64,000 nt of DNA from Macrostomum lignano (lineage: Eukaryota). The stretch covers positions 1 through 64,000 of the forward strand of contig NIVC01001971.1 of the NCBI GenBank assembly GCA_002269645.1. The letters are read 5' to 3'. The position numbers and the translations under genes are program-made. The notes beneath the pieces were generated by a model that saw nothing but the letters and a program-made list of their open reading frames with translations, was not told the DNA's origin and did not search any database. Shown here piece after piece: positions 11,521-24,673 of this stretch (positions within the stretch are counted from its first letter, which is position 1; each line of letters begins with the position of its first letter).

Positions 11521-13830
11521 TATCCGACACTGGCCTCCGCAGCCGGAGTCGTGGCCGCCAATTTCCTGGCCGTGCCGGGAGTTCCCCGGTCCCAGTCGCG
11601 CCCGGACTCGATTCCAAACTCGCCGAGCCGGCCGGCGTGCGCTCGCTCGGCCCCGAAGGACCTCGGCTCCGGCAAGGCGGCGCGCTTCAACTGCGGCGGC
11701 TTCGTGGCCTCGTCCGAGTGCCTGGCCGAGGCTGAAGGCAGGGCGAAGCCGGCCTCGCTGCCAGATCGGGCGTCGCCTCTGGCTCGATTCCGCCGCAGCG
11801 GCAGCGGCGGCTCCTCTCAGAAGCAGCAAAGCGGCAGCCGGCTGAACTTCATCAAACGCTTCAAACGATTCAACAGCAACAAGAACGTCGAGGACTGGAG
11901 CTCGGAGACCTATCGCTCGGCCACCATCCTGGACGACGCCAATCGCCTCTACGAAGCTGTCGAAGCCGACGACGCCGTTTCCGTGGCCGACATCCTCGGC
12001 CGGCGGCCAGTGCTGAAGAACTGCATCAACGATCTGCAGCTCAGCCCGCTGGACATGGCGCTGATCCGCGACCGGCACCGAGTCGCTCAGCTGCTGTCCA
12101 GCCAGGACGCCGTCTGCAACCCTCGCCTCATTGGCGGCATGGAGAGACACCTGGTGGACATCGCGCACCGCCTGGCGGAGGAGATCGTGAGCACCTCGGC
12201 CAAGCTGCTTAGCCGGTCGTCGGCCAGCAGCCAGGACACTGAGGAGGAGCTGGACAGCCTCGATCAGACGCACCGCTTGGCCCAGCAGCTGCTCACCGAT
12301 CTTCGCCAGTCGCCGCCGACGCCACCTCCGGCCAGAGTCAGCTTGGAGGTGTCCGGCGCCGAGTCGCTCAAAGTGACGGTGGCTGCGCCGTCAAGTTGGG
12401 TAGCGCTGCGCTATCGCATCGACTGGTCTGAGTCACCCGAATTCTCCAGTTTGCTAGGCAGCCGCGAGGCCGAAGCTCGGACGCCTCGGTCGGCATTCCA
12501 AATCCAGCGGCTGGTGCCCGGCCGGCCAGTTTTTGTCCGAGTCGCCGCCTACTGTCACGCCGGCTGGGGCACAGCACGCGTCTCCGAGCCTGCCTCGTTG
12601 GTGCCGTCGGCTTGGTGGCAGGCGCCGGGATGCTCAGCGCCTCCGCCTACGCCGCCGGGTGACCAGGTGACCAGCTTGCGGACCGGCTTCGCTGACGAGC
12701 TGGCGGCCTGGCTGCACAGCAAGCAGGAGCAGCAGTCGCCTCAGCGGCAGCGGCAACGACAGCAGAATCAGCAAGAGGGGGTGCAGCATTGCCAGCAGCT
12801 GCAGCAGGCCGCCAGGAGCAAGTCGCCTCTGCGCAAGAGAACCAGCCTGCACCGGCTGTTCTCCGGCGGCGGCAGCGGTAGCAGCAGCAGCGACGGCGGC
12901 AGTGGCAGCGGCGGCGGCAGCAGCGTCTCTGGCGGCTCTGGCTCCGGCAACGACTGTCGCGGCGACATCGTCCGCCGACCAAGACAGGGCCTCTTCGTCA
13001 CAGCCCTGCTGCACACTGCCGATCGGGTCCTGCTGCTCGATGACGCCCTGCCGCACGCCCAGGCCGAGACTGAGCTGAGCCCGACGATGAACCTCACGGC
13101 CGACCTGGCCTGGCTGTCCCGCCTGCTGGCCGACGGGGCGAACCTCCGCTGCCTGGCCGCCCGGCTCGAGCGGCTGGGCTGGCCAGAGTCGCAGTCCACC
13201 CGGGTGGGCCTCACCCTGGCGGCCAGCCGGCTGCAGGAGGCGCTGGGCACCGACGTGCTCGGCCAGGTGTACCCGACGGTGGTTCGCAATGCCTCGGTCG
13301 CCTTTTTCGTGCTCGTCTGCCGGCTGGACTCCATGCGCCACGCCGAGCCGGCCTCGTCCGCCGCCGCCCGCTGGACGCCGCTAACAAGCCTGGCAGGCAG
13401 GAATGCCTCCTGCCCGGGGGAGGAGCTGCTGCTCAGCCGACTAGATGACTTACTGGCGTTCTCATCGCGGGCTCTGGTTGCTATGGAGACTGGGCTTTAC
13501 CTGGGCTACGTGCACCTGCGCAGCGGGATGGACAGTATCAGCATCCTGGTCGATGGCGGGCAGCCCAGCTGCGTGCCCTGCGTGCGGCTACGAGAAAATC
13601 CGCACGTGAGCTGCAACGAATGGCGACGCCTACGCAATCAGACTGGCGTTGGCGGCGAGGGCGAGAGAGAAGCCAGCGGAGAGGTTGAGGCCGAAAGCGA
13701 CAGCGGCGACGAGGAAGGCGAAATTGGGCGCCTATTTGTTGAATCGGTGCGCTGCGGTGCCGGCCGTCTGTGCGACCTGCTGCAGCTGCCGTCTGACCAG
13801 CGGGCTAGGCTTCGGGTCTTCACGGGCCAG
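11476..13830 (+). CDS. ANKFN1: Ankyrin repeat and fibronectin type-III domain protein (ANKFN1 / wide awake / banderuola homologue), coding exon 1
   Basis: ATG at 11476, shortly after a TTTCAG acceptor at 11455. Ankyrin-like segment (LSPLDMALIRDRHRVAQLL), FN3 domain (SLKVTV..YRIDWSESPEF..IQRLVPGRPVFVRVAAYCHAGWG..PSAWW) and the family motifs GLYLGYVHL..DSISILV and PCVRLRENPHVSCNEW. Phase-0 GT donor at 13831. Confidence 0.85.
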
Positions 13831-13906
13831 GTGTGTTGGGAGACTCGCTACCTGTTGCCCATCTCTAGGCTTAACTAGCATATTAGTTGCATTTACATAA
13901 GTATTC

Positions 13907-14186
13907 GCATTCACATCCGCATTCACATCCGCATTCACATGCGCATTCACATCCGCATTCACATCCGCATTCACATCCGTATTTACATCCGCATTCACAT
14001 CCGCATTCACATCCGCATTCACATCCGCATTCACATCCGCATTCACATCCGCATTCACATCCTCATTCACATCCGCATTCACATCCGCATTCACATCCGC
14101 ATTCACATCCGCATTCACATCCGCATTCACATCCGCATTCACATCCGCATCCGCATTCACATCCACATTCACATCCGCATTCACTT
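13907..14186. repeat. 12-bp intronic minisatellite (CACATCCGCATT)n
   Basis: About 23 near-perfect copies inside intron 13831-14257. Confidence 0.95.
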
Positions 14187-14257
14187 CCGTGTTCATAAAC
14201 CCGGAAATTCAAATTCACACAGACACTCAACTATATCCACATCCGGATTCCTCACAG

Positions 14258-15176
14258 GTGGTGCAGCTGAGCCCGCGGGTGGCCCTTCTGCTGGCCTTCC
14301 TCCGCCAGACTCGGTCTGCACGGTACCTGGCGCCGCTGACCCCTTAGCCGGCGTGTCCGGTCTGACCCGCGTGCCGCTGCCGCTGTTCGACCAGCTGCAT
14401 TTTCGCGTCTACGGCGGCCGTTGGCACGCGGATCTGGCTTCTCTGGGCGCCAGTCTGGAGCTGTTTCTAGCCCTGGCGCTGCACGTCCAGAGGGGGCCTT
14501 CTCGGACGCCGAATTAGCCGAGGCCAAGGGCCGGGTAGCGCGGCTGCAGTCGGTGCAGGCCAGTCTGGAGTCGCTAGTCCGGCCGCAGCGCTGGTCGCAC
14601 ACAGCCATCAGTATGGCACGGGATCGGTCCGGCTGCTGCCACTGCTGCTTGGAGATCTGCCCCACGCCACCGGCGGCTGCCGCTTCTCCGGAGGGCCGAC
14701 GTCTCTCCCCGCCGCAGGGTTCGCTGCCGGTTCGAGCTCCGGTGGCCTCACCAACTGGCCAGGAAATGTGGCTAACGTTGCAGGCCACGTGTCAGACCAC
14801 GGCCGAGGATCTGTGCAACCACGTGCTGGCCCAGGTTGAGCAGCGAGCACCGCGACGTCGTCAGAGACAGTCGGAAAGCGATGCAGCCTCCGCGTCAGCC
14901 GCTGGCGTATCTTTGGTGGTGTCGCTCGGCGACATTGAAATGCCGCTGCCGCCAGCGGCTCGTCCGTTGCAGCTGCCGCAGCCGTGGCGCGACGGCCAGC
15001 TGTCGGTGCGCCGGAACTCTGATCTGGCGTCGTCGCCGGGTCCGTCGCCGGGGCTGCAGCCGATGGTTCACGCGCAGCAGCAGCAACAGTTCGCGGTGCT
15101 GGCTGCGGCGGCGGCGGCGACTGCAGCTGCCGCTTCCGCCATCAGCTCCGAGGGCACCGTCGTGTTCGACTTGTGA
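14258..15176 (+). CDS. ANKFN1: ANKFN1/wake homologue, terminal exon with Ras-association-like domain (two single-base deficits)
   Basis: CACAG acceptor ending at 14257. Reads VVQLSPRVALLL / LPPPDSVCTVPG..PLFDQLHF / QR(E)AFSDAELAEAK and the RA-like tail PLQLPQPWRDGQLSVRR. TGA at 15174-15176. Needs one extra base near 14295 and one near 14495. Confidence 0.8.
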
Positions 15177-16356
15177 ATTGCTATGTGTAATCGTGAACTA
15201 TTGACAAAAATATCTGACGAGCTTAGGAAGGAACAGGAAAGGAAAATGTATATATTTATATTACTCATTCATTGTCTCGTTCGTTCAATTGAATTTGTTG
15301 AGCTGTCATTGAACACTTTAGGAAGATCACCAAGTCAAGAGCAGTGCCGCCTAAACAGCTCAACAATTTGATGAAACTTGCTTGATCTATAATTAATATT
15401 CTTTTTGCAAATTCGACCGGTAATTATACATGTATTAGGTGTCCAGCAAGTCTCTAGCAAGTTTTTCCCTTCAGCTTTTAGTTGGTTTCGAATTTTAGTC
15501 GCGAAAGTTCATTATTGTTCATCCCGCAATGCCATTCCGTGTAAACTATTGGTCAGATCAATCTATTTTTTTGTGGTGGCTTATAGACCTACAAAAAGAA
15601 CTTTTTAAACAGTAGAATTTCTCCTCCTCAGCTCGATGTTGTGCGATTCAACCCACTTTCTGACCTTGTGATAATTTGTATTCAAAGTATCTAACGTCCT
15701 TCTCGGTGTTGAACCACTTGTTAACGAGTCAATAACGTCTGTCTGCACAGTAAAACCGCTATGCACTAAAATGATGAAATAAAATTCAATTGAGCCCTGT
15801 GACGCCACTCGCACTAAAAAAGCACGTTGATCGATGACCATTTTCAGGTGGAAAATTCCATCATTTGATTGCTCCATCCTATGAAAAATAATAAAGCACA
15901 GAGGCGGGGATAATAAGCATTCTGCATCTTATCTACGACTGCGGAGCCGATTATCCTCACTCAGCTGCACCAATTTTAGCAATCCCCATTTCGGTTAAGT
16001 AAACGGAGGTCCCTCCGGGGCAGTGCCGTCATTTTCGGAATATTTTCCGCCATCTGCTGAGCAATATCACAGATTAAAGCAAAGATTATCTAGCCATCAA
16101 CCTCGGTACGGCCCAAGGGCTTCCTAATCAGAAAATAGCACCGCAAAACAGCTCTGAAATTTTATTTGGGACAAAATTACAGGACAACCGGCTGATGGAA
16201 ACGGTGCGCGAATGTGTATCTGATATTGCAGCTGAGCCCAAACGAACTGACCTATCCTCGTATGCACGGTAGTAAGATGATGTCGGCGAATGCACTACAC
16301 CGAGCTGACTTGTCAGAAAATAACTAAGGCTGGGTTTACTAAAACATGTTTTGTTC

Positions 16357-16796
<440 letters not shown>

Positions 16797-18019
16797 ATAA
16801 CTACTTAACTAGCTAGTTTGCTGCACATCCAACTAAAATTCCTGCCTAGGCCACTGCACCATTTAGTGGCTGTGACCTGTATATACAATACATAATAACT
16901 GCAACTATAGAGGCCCGATACAGGAGCTTTAACTGTGGTTGAGGCAGGGCAAGGTGCCACAGACATTGTTACACAAAGGTCGTTCGTGCTCTGTCTGAGC
17001 TCAATCTGAGAGAGATGTCGAAACGTGCGTCACGTGCCTAAGCACACACCTCCAAAAATTTAATCACGAAAAATCGTCACCCTTCAATTCCTAAACTCCC
17101 CCTCCAGCCAATTCCTGGAATAATCTGAGCTTGATTTTTCAGGTGTCCTCTCGAGTGCTAGCCAGGGCTTTCCAGGCCTGCATAGGAACGGGAGGATAAT
17201 CCCCTTTGCATCAAGGCCGGGCGGAGTAGTCTTGTAGGCCGCTCATCATGTGACTCAATTTTTTTACTGCGAGACACTCTTTGCCGCTTCATCACTCACT
17301 CTAGTCCAGCATTAATAATCCTCTTAAGTTTTCTAAACCTCTGCAAGCTGTGCAGGACCTGCCGCTGGGTGCTAGTGCAGTGTCTCTTGGATGAGGAGAA
17401 GCTGCAATTGATGTAGTAGTTGGTTGCAGTTGTAGTCTCAAAGTTTTTATCTGTCAGCTTTTTCGTGTAATTTACTATCTCCAATACTATTTAAACCGCT
17501 GAGCTCATTCTTTTGTTTTTTAGTGTAAATGGCTGCTCTGAAACCACTGAAGACAGAAATAAATAAAGAGTCATTTGAGTAGTTCTTATTCTCCGCTCAA
17601 AATATGACGACAAACGCAAGACCAGAGTCAGAAATTGTGTTTGCAAATGGCAAATGGGGACAATTAGTTATAGTGTAAACATTTATATTAATAACCCTTT
17701 TATTATCCAAAATCTGCGTCAGAGGCGGACTTGCAAGTTCTGGCATGCAGTCCAGCACAAGAATAGAATAATTCCTACTTTTGCTAAAAATCGTTTTCTA
17801 AAAATATTAGTTGACATATAAATAGGAGTGATAACTTTGCAAGATTTGTCAATTTGGATTTTGTCACCTTCAGGATATCTGCAGAAATTGGTCCCTAGTC
17901 AGAGTAATTTTGCTTGCTACCAGCGTTAGTAAATGGCCCGTGCTCCAATGCTTTGTCCCCCAACTTCACCTTGTGACCCGTTATGGAAATCAATAATTTT
18001 GCTGCAGGGTGACAAAACA

Positions 18020-18380
18020 GAGTGCCTTTGGCGCTAAAATGAGTGCCTGTGGCGCTAAAATGAGTGCCTGTGGCGCTAAAATGAGTGCCTGCGGCGCTAA
18101 AATGAGTGCCTTTGGCGCTAAAATGAGTGCCTGTGGCGCTAAAATGAGTGCCTGCGGCGCTAAAATTGCCTGCGGCGTCTAAATGAATGCCTGCGGCGGT
18201 AAAATGAGTGCCTGCGGCGGTAAAATGAGTGCCTGCGGCGCTAAAATGAGTGCCTGCGGCGGTAAAATGAGTGCCTGCGGCGGTAAAATGAGTGCCTGCG
18301 GCGGTAAAATGAGTGCCTGCGGCGGTAAAATGAGTGCCTGCGGCGCTAAAATGAGTGCCTGCGGCGCTAAAATGAGCGCT
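18020..18380. repeat. 21-bp minisatellite
   Basis: Unit GAGTGCCTGCGGCG(C/G)TAAAAT, about 17 copies. Confidence 0.93.
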
Positions 18381-19135
18381 GACAACATTGATTCTAAAAA
18401 TAATTCACGCGTATGAATTTAGTTATGTACATGTACAATTTAGAATTCTTGGCTTCTAAACTTAGGCTGCAATCTTGTCGATTGAAAATGAGTGCCCAAG
18501 GCAACCAGGGGCTTATACTCGTAGTTTGTTTAATTGCATAGTGCTCTGTCCTTGCTTCGACAACTCTATCGCCTTGGCTTGCGCATGTGCAGGTGTATGT
18601 CAGGTTATGGAGAAAATTTGTATGACGCACTGCGGACTGGCCCTTGCTTGAAATATCTCACTGTCTTTTGTGAAGAATCTCGGGCTCCCAGCTATTTTCG
18701 GTAATAATTTCCATTGGATGAAAGGTTTTGTAAGTCCAGTCACGCACACTTCGGGGTAGCTTTGAATCGCACCTGCGACTCATTTTGCCAATTAGCGATC
18801 TGGAATTCTCGAGTTTCTGATTAGTAATTCATTTTGAAGCGTCCATTGCTCTCGTATTGACTTGGCCATTTAATAGTACACTGTCTGAGCCGACCGTATC
18901 TTTGCTGAAAGTATGCAATTGAAATATGCACAACCAGTTATTTTTAACTTTGTTCTAAGCACGTACTGTTCCCACATTATACTTTGAGAAACTTGCGACG
19001 AATAAACCTTCGGACAGAACTCATATTTGCTCTACTTTTAATTCAAAAGTCCAGGAGATGAGACATTTGTTTATTTATAGTACTAAAACACTACACAAAT
19101 TCAAATTTCGCCAATGCATTACGCAGCCAAAACCG

Positions 19136-19492
19136 GGGTTCAAGTTAGGGTTTGGGTTTGGGATGGGGTTCAAGTTAGGTTTAGGTTAGGGTTGGGTTTG
19201 GGATGGGGTTCAAGTTAGGGTTTGGGTTTGGGTTTGGGATGGGGTTCAAGTTAGGTTTAGGTTAGGGTTTGGGTTTGGGATGGGGTTCAAGTTAGGGTTT
19301 GGGTTTGGGTTTGGGATGGGGTTCAAGTTAGGTTTAGGTTAGGGTTTGGGTTTGGGATGGGGTTCAAGTTAGGTTTAGGTTAGGGTTTGGGTTTGGGATG
19401 GGGTTCAAGTTAGGTTTAGGTTAGGGTTTGGGTTTGGGATGGGGTTCAAGTTAGGTTTAGGTTAGGGTTTGGGTTTGGGATGGGGTTCAAGT
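19136..19492 (+). repeat. G-rich telomere-like minisatellite (30-41 bp units)
   Basis: Units such as GGGGTTCAAGTTAGGTTTAGGTTAGGGTTTGGGTTTGGGAT (period 41 at 19321/19362), containing TTAGGG and TTTGGG. Confidence 0.9.
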
Positions 19493-21089
19493 TTGAAGCT
19501 ACATGTAGTCTGCTTCTGTTGGTCCAAAAGCTCCGCCATCAAACGAGGCAATATTTTTCGTCCCTTTGTACATCATTAAGGTGACTCTGGATGCTGTACT
19601 GGAAGGAAAGGATTCGGGCCCTGTTAAAAGTGCGACAAACCTCCACTGTGGGGCAAATCTATGAGTTGTTTATAGGACGATTTCAAGCTTCAGAGCAGGA
19701 GACCTTTTTGATTTAAAAAAAACTGAGCGAACTTGTGACGAGGACGCACAGCCAACTTAAAAAGTATTTAACAAGTGTCGCGTAGAATGTATAAACTATT
19801 TAATAACATAAACTTATCTTTCTCATTAGAGAACAAACAATTGTCTTAATTCAAATAAAAATTGCAAAGGGTTTTGCAATGAACAGAAGCAAACAAAAAG
19901 GCCTATAGCTATGACTGGCTTTGTAATTGCACGAATCAAGTTCAATTATTTTGATATTGATGTAATATTGCCCCCTTTCAGGCTTCCTGAGAGAGCAAGA
20001 TGGTTAAAGGGGAAACAAATCCTGACTTCTTTTCGGCTACCTGGCTTGTGACCACAGAATTTAAGCAACTCGCTACATGTCGTAGGCATGCATGCACGCA
20101 ATCCTCTTCGATGTAGTGAGACCATGCAGTCAATGAGACGTGAATGGCGCCTGATTGAACGACTGACCATACTTTCTCTCTATCGTCTTAACGTTAGCTT
20201 TTAAGCAGGACAGAGAGAGGAATCGCGTCGTAAGTACGAGTTAGCAAAAATTGTTTTGATGTCCCTGCCGTCATACGGTCTATAAACATTGCAATTATAC
20301 AAGCGTATAGCCATACGGGTCTAACAATAAATGGCGCGGAAGTAAACAGTACATGCTAGTCGTTTGTAATACCGTCCTACAGTGCACACTGCAATGTATA
20401 TATAAATTACATTACATTTGAAAACCTAAAGAAAACCTAAGTCTAATCAACATACTAAAGTTTGATTTGTTTATTTTGCGTCTGCACAGAAAAGGTAATT
20501 TAGGAGAAGAGACATACTCTGCATGCATACGAGCGTAGTACATGCAAACAGTACGTATAAGAGTTACAAATTTGGTTACAATAATAGAGTGATAGTGAGA
20601 GACAATTTTAAAAGCAAAAGAAATGCAGATAGCTTGAATTACTCTTTTTATTATACATTAGCAAAAATATTAAACAAACTGAGCGAGAATACGACACTAA
20701 AATAGTTTTCCTTTCATGCGATATTTATCGAAATTTATTACTATTTTTGTCGTTTTTTGCAGAAACAATTAACCGGAAAATGATAAGTTAAAACAAATTA
20801 TCTTAAATAAAACTTATACTAAAATTTCATATTTTGTTCTAGATGATGCTACATATTGTCTAAATTAAAATCAAAACAAGTTTTTGCTATTATTTTAAAA
20901 TGTTTATACCACGAAAATGCCTAGATTAATCGACTTTAAAACAATTTTTAACGTGTAGAGCATGAGCAAATGTTATGAGCAAAAACGCTTGAAACTTCTA
21001 CTCGCTCGCGGCAGTTCAAAGTTTTTCTACGAATTCATGCGCGATTTGCGCAGAAAGTTGGATAGCATGAAAGCAGCATCAAAAACAAT

Positions 21090-21111
21090 ATGTTTTTAAT
21101 TTATGTGCAAG
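21090..21111 (+). CDS. unc-13: unc-13/Munc13, coding exon 1 (22 nt, MFLIYVQ + G)
   Basis: ATG TTT TTA ATT TAT GTG CAA G|GTAATT. The phase-1 donor fits the next exon and aligns with the Munc13 start MSLLCVG-V. Confidence 0.7.
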
Positions 21112-21431
21112 GTAATTCCAGACTCATAGCTGCAAACTAAAAAGTTGAATCAGTGTAGTATATAATTCATGCACTTCATTCATAATAAGACAATTAATTG
21201 CAATCTTAATTATCTTTGCACATTATTTATGCATAATTTATACACGGTCGTAGTTTTGTGATAAGTTTGTTGCTACAAAACTATTGTAATACATTTGTAA
21301 TATATATTGCAGCTCGTTTATTTACATGTACTATTATAAATAAACTATTGTAAAGAGATACGTTTTACACATACCTATTAAAATATTCATGTGATTCATT
21401 TTTTTTTCATTTTTCAACTTCTAATTTACAG

Positions 21432-21573
21432 TACAACGCGCAATTTTGGTCACCAGCCACTGTCCATGGGCTCCCAGCTGTCTAACTTTTGTCAGCATTC
21501 GTTTAAACAAAGTCAAATCTAGCACTGTGGCTTTGTCTGGCATGGCGCCAAATTGGGAGCAGGAGTTTATTTT
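21432..21573 (+). CDS. unc-13: unc-13/Munc13, exon 2 (C2A domain)
   Basis: TTTACAG acceptor, GTAAGT donor. Encodes (V)QRAIL...FVSIRLNKVKSSTVALSGMAPNWEQEFIF, aligning with Munc13 [29 protein letters not shown]. Phase 1 to 2. Confidence 0.88.
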
Positions 21574-22059
21574 GTAAGTCAAAGAAAGTTCATTTGTTTT
21601 TGTAAATGAAAATCAGTATAACAAACTCCTAATTTGACTTTCATATTTTATTGCCATCAGATTTAAATTAAATTTCATGAAAAGGATCACGTAGTATTAA
21701 TACATCGCAAGAATCTGATTTAAAGATAACGCTAAAGTCGATTTGCAAGTCGGCATTCGTAACATCGACACACTGCAAATTCTATTACGAACGATAATTT
21801 TAAAGTATCTTATCAAATTTCACGTGTAGTTATTCCTCCAAAAACTAACCCTTGCGACAATATTTACGTATTTGCATACATGTTGTGTTTTAAGCCAGAG
21901 GAAAAGTCCGGATCGAACCGGTCCGGTGAATTTCAATCAGTCAGTCCGTGAGAGCTGACAAACCTCAAACTAATAGCTACTGTTAATTAACTTGAAAACT
22001 TCTCTCCCTTACCCTTCTCCACCTCTGATTTTTACGCGAAAATTCTTCACAATTTGCAG

Positions 22060-22204
22060 TGAGGCCAGCCCAGCTGACGCTGGCTTAGCGGTGGAGCTAT
22101 GGCGCCTGCCAAGACCGTTAAAGCAGCAACTGCCGGACTACGATGAGGCTCAGAGGCTGGGCTGCGCTTGGATGCCGCTGCATCACGTAATTCAAACGGA
22201 CGAG
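22060..22204 (+). CDS. unc-13: unc-13/Munc13, exon 3 (C2A domain)
   Basis: TTTGCAG acceptor, GTAATG donor. Encodes EASPADAGLAVELWR...LGCAWMPLHHVIQTDE, aligning with EINRLDLGLTVEVWN...VGTVWIPLRTIRQSNE. Phase 2 to 0. Confidence 0.85.
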
Positions 22205-22227
22205 GTAATGCGGAGAAGGAGAGCAAT

Positions 22228-23135
22228 GGGGATTTCAGGGAATGAAGAGGGGAAGAGGGGGAATTTCAGGGAATAAAGAGGGGAAGAAGGGAATTTCAGG
22301 GAATGAAGAGGGGAAGAGGGGGAATTTCAGGGAATGAAGAGGGGAAAAGAAAGAATTTCAGGGAATGAAGAGGGGAGAGGGGGAATTTCAGGGAATGAAG
22401 AGGGAAGAGGGGGAATTTCAGGGAATGAAGAGGGGAAGAGGGGGAATTTCACGGAATAAAGAGGGGAAGAGGGAGAATTTCAGGGAATGAAGAGGGGAAG
22501 AGGTGGAATTTCAGGGAATGAAGAGGGAAGAGGGGGAATTTCAGGGAATGAAGAGGGGAATAGGGGGAATTTCAGGGAATGAAGAGGGGAAGAGGGAGAA
22601 TTTCAGGGAATGAAGAGGGGAAGAGGGGGAATTTCAGGGAATAAAGAGGGGAAGAGGGGGAATTTCAGGGAATAAAGAGGGGAAGAGGGGGAATTTCAGG
22701 GAATGAAGAGGGGGAGAGGGAATTTCAGGGAATGAAGAGGGAAGAGGGGGAATTTCAGGGAATGAAGAGGGGAAGAAGGGAATTTCAGGGAATGAAGAGG
22801 GGGAGAGGGAATTTCAGGGAATGAAGAGGGGAAAAGGGGGAATTTCAGGGAATAAAGAGGGGAAGAGGGGGGATTTCAGGGAATGAAGAGGGGGAGAGGG
22901 AACTTCAGGGAATGAAGAGGGGAAGAGGGGGAATTTCAGGGAATAAAGAGGGGAAGAGGGGGGATTTCAGGGAATGAAGAGGGGGAGAGGGAATTTCAGG
23001 GAATAAAGAGGGGAAGAGGGGGAATTTCAGGGAATAAAGAGCGGAAGAGGGGGGATTTTAGGGAATGAAGAGGGGGAGAGGGAATTTCAGGGAATAAAGA
23101 GGGGAAGAGGGGGAATTTCAGAGAATGAAGAGGGG
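22228..23135 (+). repeat. ~31-bp purine-rich minisatellite
   Basis: Unit GGGAATTTCAGGGAATGAAGAGGGGAAGAGG, period 30-32, starting ~25 bp after the exon 3 donor. Confidence 0.92.
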
Positions 23136-23865
23136 ATCAATGTGGATTTTTGGAATTACGAGGGTCAGAAGGGATTTTAGTGAAAGTAGAGGGAGGGAAC
23201 AGGGGTCTTAGAGAATTAAAAGGGAGACGGTGGGGATTTCGGAAAATGTTGGCGTCTGAGTCAAGAAATTCAAACCTTAAAGGTACAGAGTTTCTTTTCA
23301 AAGCGAAATCAAACACAAAAGTACCTGTTAAATGAAATTTATTAAAAAACAGACTCGTTATGTGAAATGTGAAAAGAATATTTTACTTGCTCTGACCTGA
23401 TGATGATGACTTTGATGACTTTGGAGCTGAGTACGGGGGATCAGGCCGGATCGAGAGGTAAGGAGGAAAAGTCTCGCCATGATGCAGAAAGGAAGCATGA
23501 CATGAGAGAGAGAGGAGAGGAAGATTAAAGTAGGATGGGCCACTGAGAAGCAGCTCCTTAGTCTATCCGGAGTATATAGTCGTACTGCACCTGCGGCTCG
23601 TTAAGGCAACTTTATGCCGAGCAGTTGTTCGACAAGAGTTTAGGGACAGTCGAACTTGCACGACATGAGAGGGGAAGAGGGGGAAGTCTGTCAGCAGAGA
23701 AAAAGTAAGAGGTAGAGAGCAGCAGGTGAGCTGTGTGACTCGTTAGTGCAATTAGTTCTGAACAGTAAAGCTTTTGATACAGGCTCGTGTGGACCAAGGG
23801 CTAGCAGGTTCCATGCGCATTTCTGATCTCTTCCTGTGGATCGCGGGCACTAATGAGATGAGATA

Positions 23866-24068
23866 AGGTAAGATAAGCTTAGATGAGATAAGATTAGATT
23901 AGATGAGATAAGATTAGATAAGAGGAGATGAGGTGAGGTGAGGTGAGGTGAGGTAAGATAAGATTAGATTAGATGAGATAAGATAAGATACGATTAGATT
24001 AGATCAGATTAGATTAGATTAGATAAGGTGCCATGATATTGGATAGGGTGAGATTATAGGAGATGAGA
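23866..24068. repeat. degenerate pentanucleotide (AGATN)n / (AGGTG)n
   Basis: Runs of AGATA, AGATT, AGATG and AGGTG. Confidence 0.85.
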
Positions 24069-24268
24069 TGAGATAAGAAAACCAATAAAATTAACTTTAC
24101 AACCATCTGATAGCTATAAATTAAATTATCGAGCCATTTTGATAACAATAAGCTCCCAAATCGAGAGTGCAAATTCTTTTCACATTAATACTCAATGCTC
24201 CTAGCTCACATACCTGACTTGGAAGTAGATATACTACTCACATATGCTACTCAATCGCTACTTACCAG

Positions 24269-24398
24269 AGCTCTGAGGGTCGCTGGCTGAGACTGGACTC
24301 AAGCTTCATCACCGACTCAAACGGCAAGCTCACTGTGGGCACCCGCGGCTGCGCTGGTCACCGCCTCCTGCTTGGCCTCCGGTGGCAGCGGCTTCCTG
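24269..24398 (+). CDS. unc-13: unc-13/Munc13, exon 4 (end of C2A)
   Basis: TACCAG acceptor, GTAAAG donor. Encodes SSEGRWLRLDSSFITDSNGKLTVGTRGCAGHRLLLGLRWQRLP, aligning with EGPGEWLTLDSQ...GTKDPTFHRILLD. Phase 0 to 1. Confidence 0.85.
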
Positions 24399-24581
24399 GT
24401 AAAGGCGCCGACCAGTGCAATTATTGAATTTCACATCAAGGCCAAGGCCACATGACCTTGTAGAACAAGACACCAATTTTTAGTTGAAGTAATGTAGTAT
24501 AGCAATAAATTCAAATTTACTAAATAATTTTTTAAGCAGCATTTTTTATCGATTGACACTTCACCGGGTGCACTGCCATAG

Positions 24582-24673
24582 GTCTGAACTTGCGGGTGGA
24601 GCTGCGTAGGAGGCGGCGGCTTCTTCATCAGCGGCTTGCCAAGGCAACGCGTACTGACGTCCTTGACTTTGAG
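24582..24673 (+). CDS. unc-13: unc-13/Munc13, exon 5 (helix after C2A)
   Basis: CCATAG acceptor, GTAAGT donor. Encodes (G)LNLRVELRRRRRLLHQRLAKATRTDVLDFE. Phase 1 to 0 matches both neighbours. Confidence 0.72.

Noticed and set aside
13831-13878. ANKFN1 ending at the stop at 13878
   Set aside because: A phase-0 donor at 13831 and continued family similarity after 14258 show that this stop is intronic.
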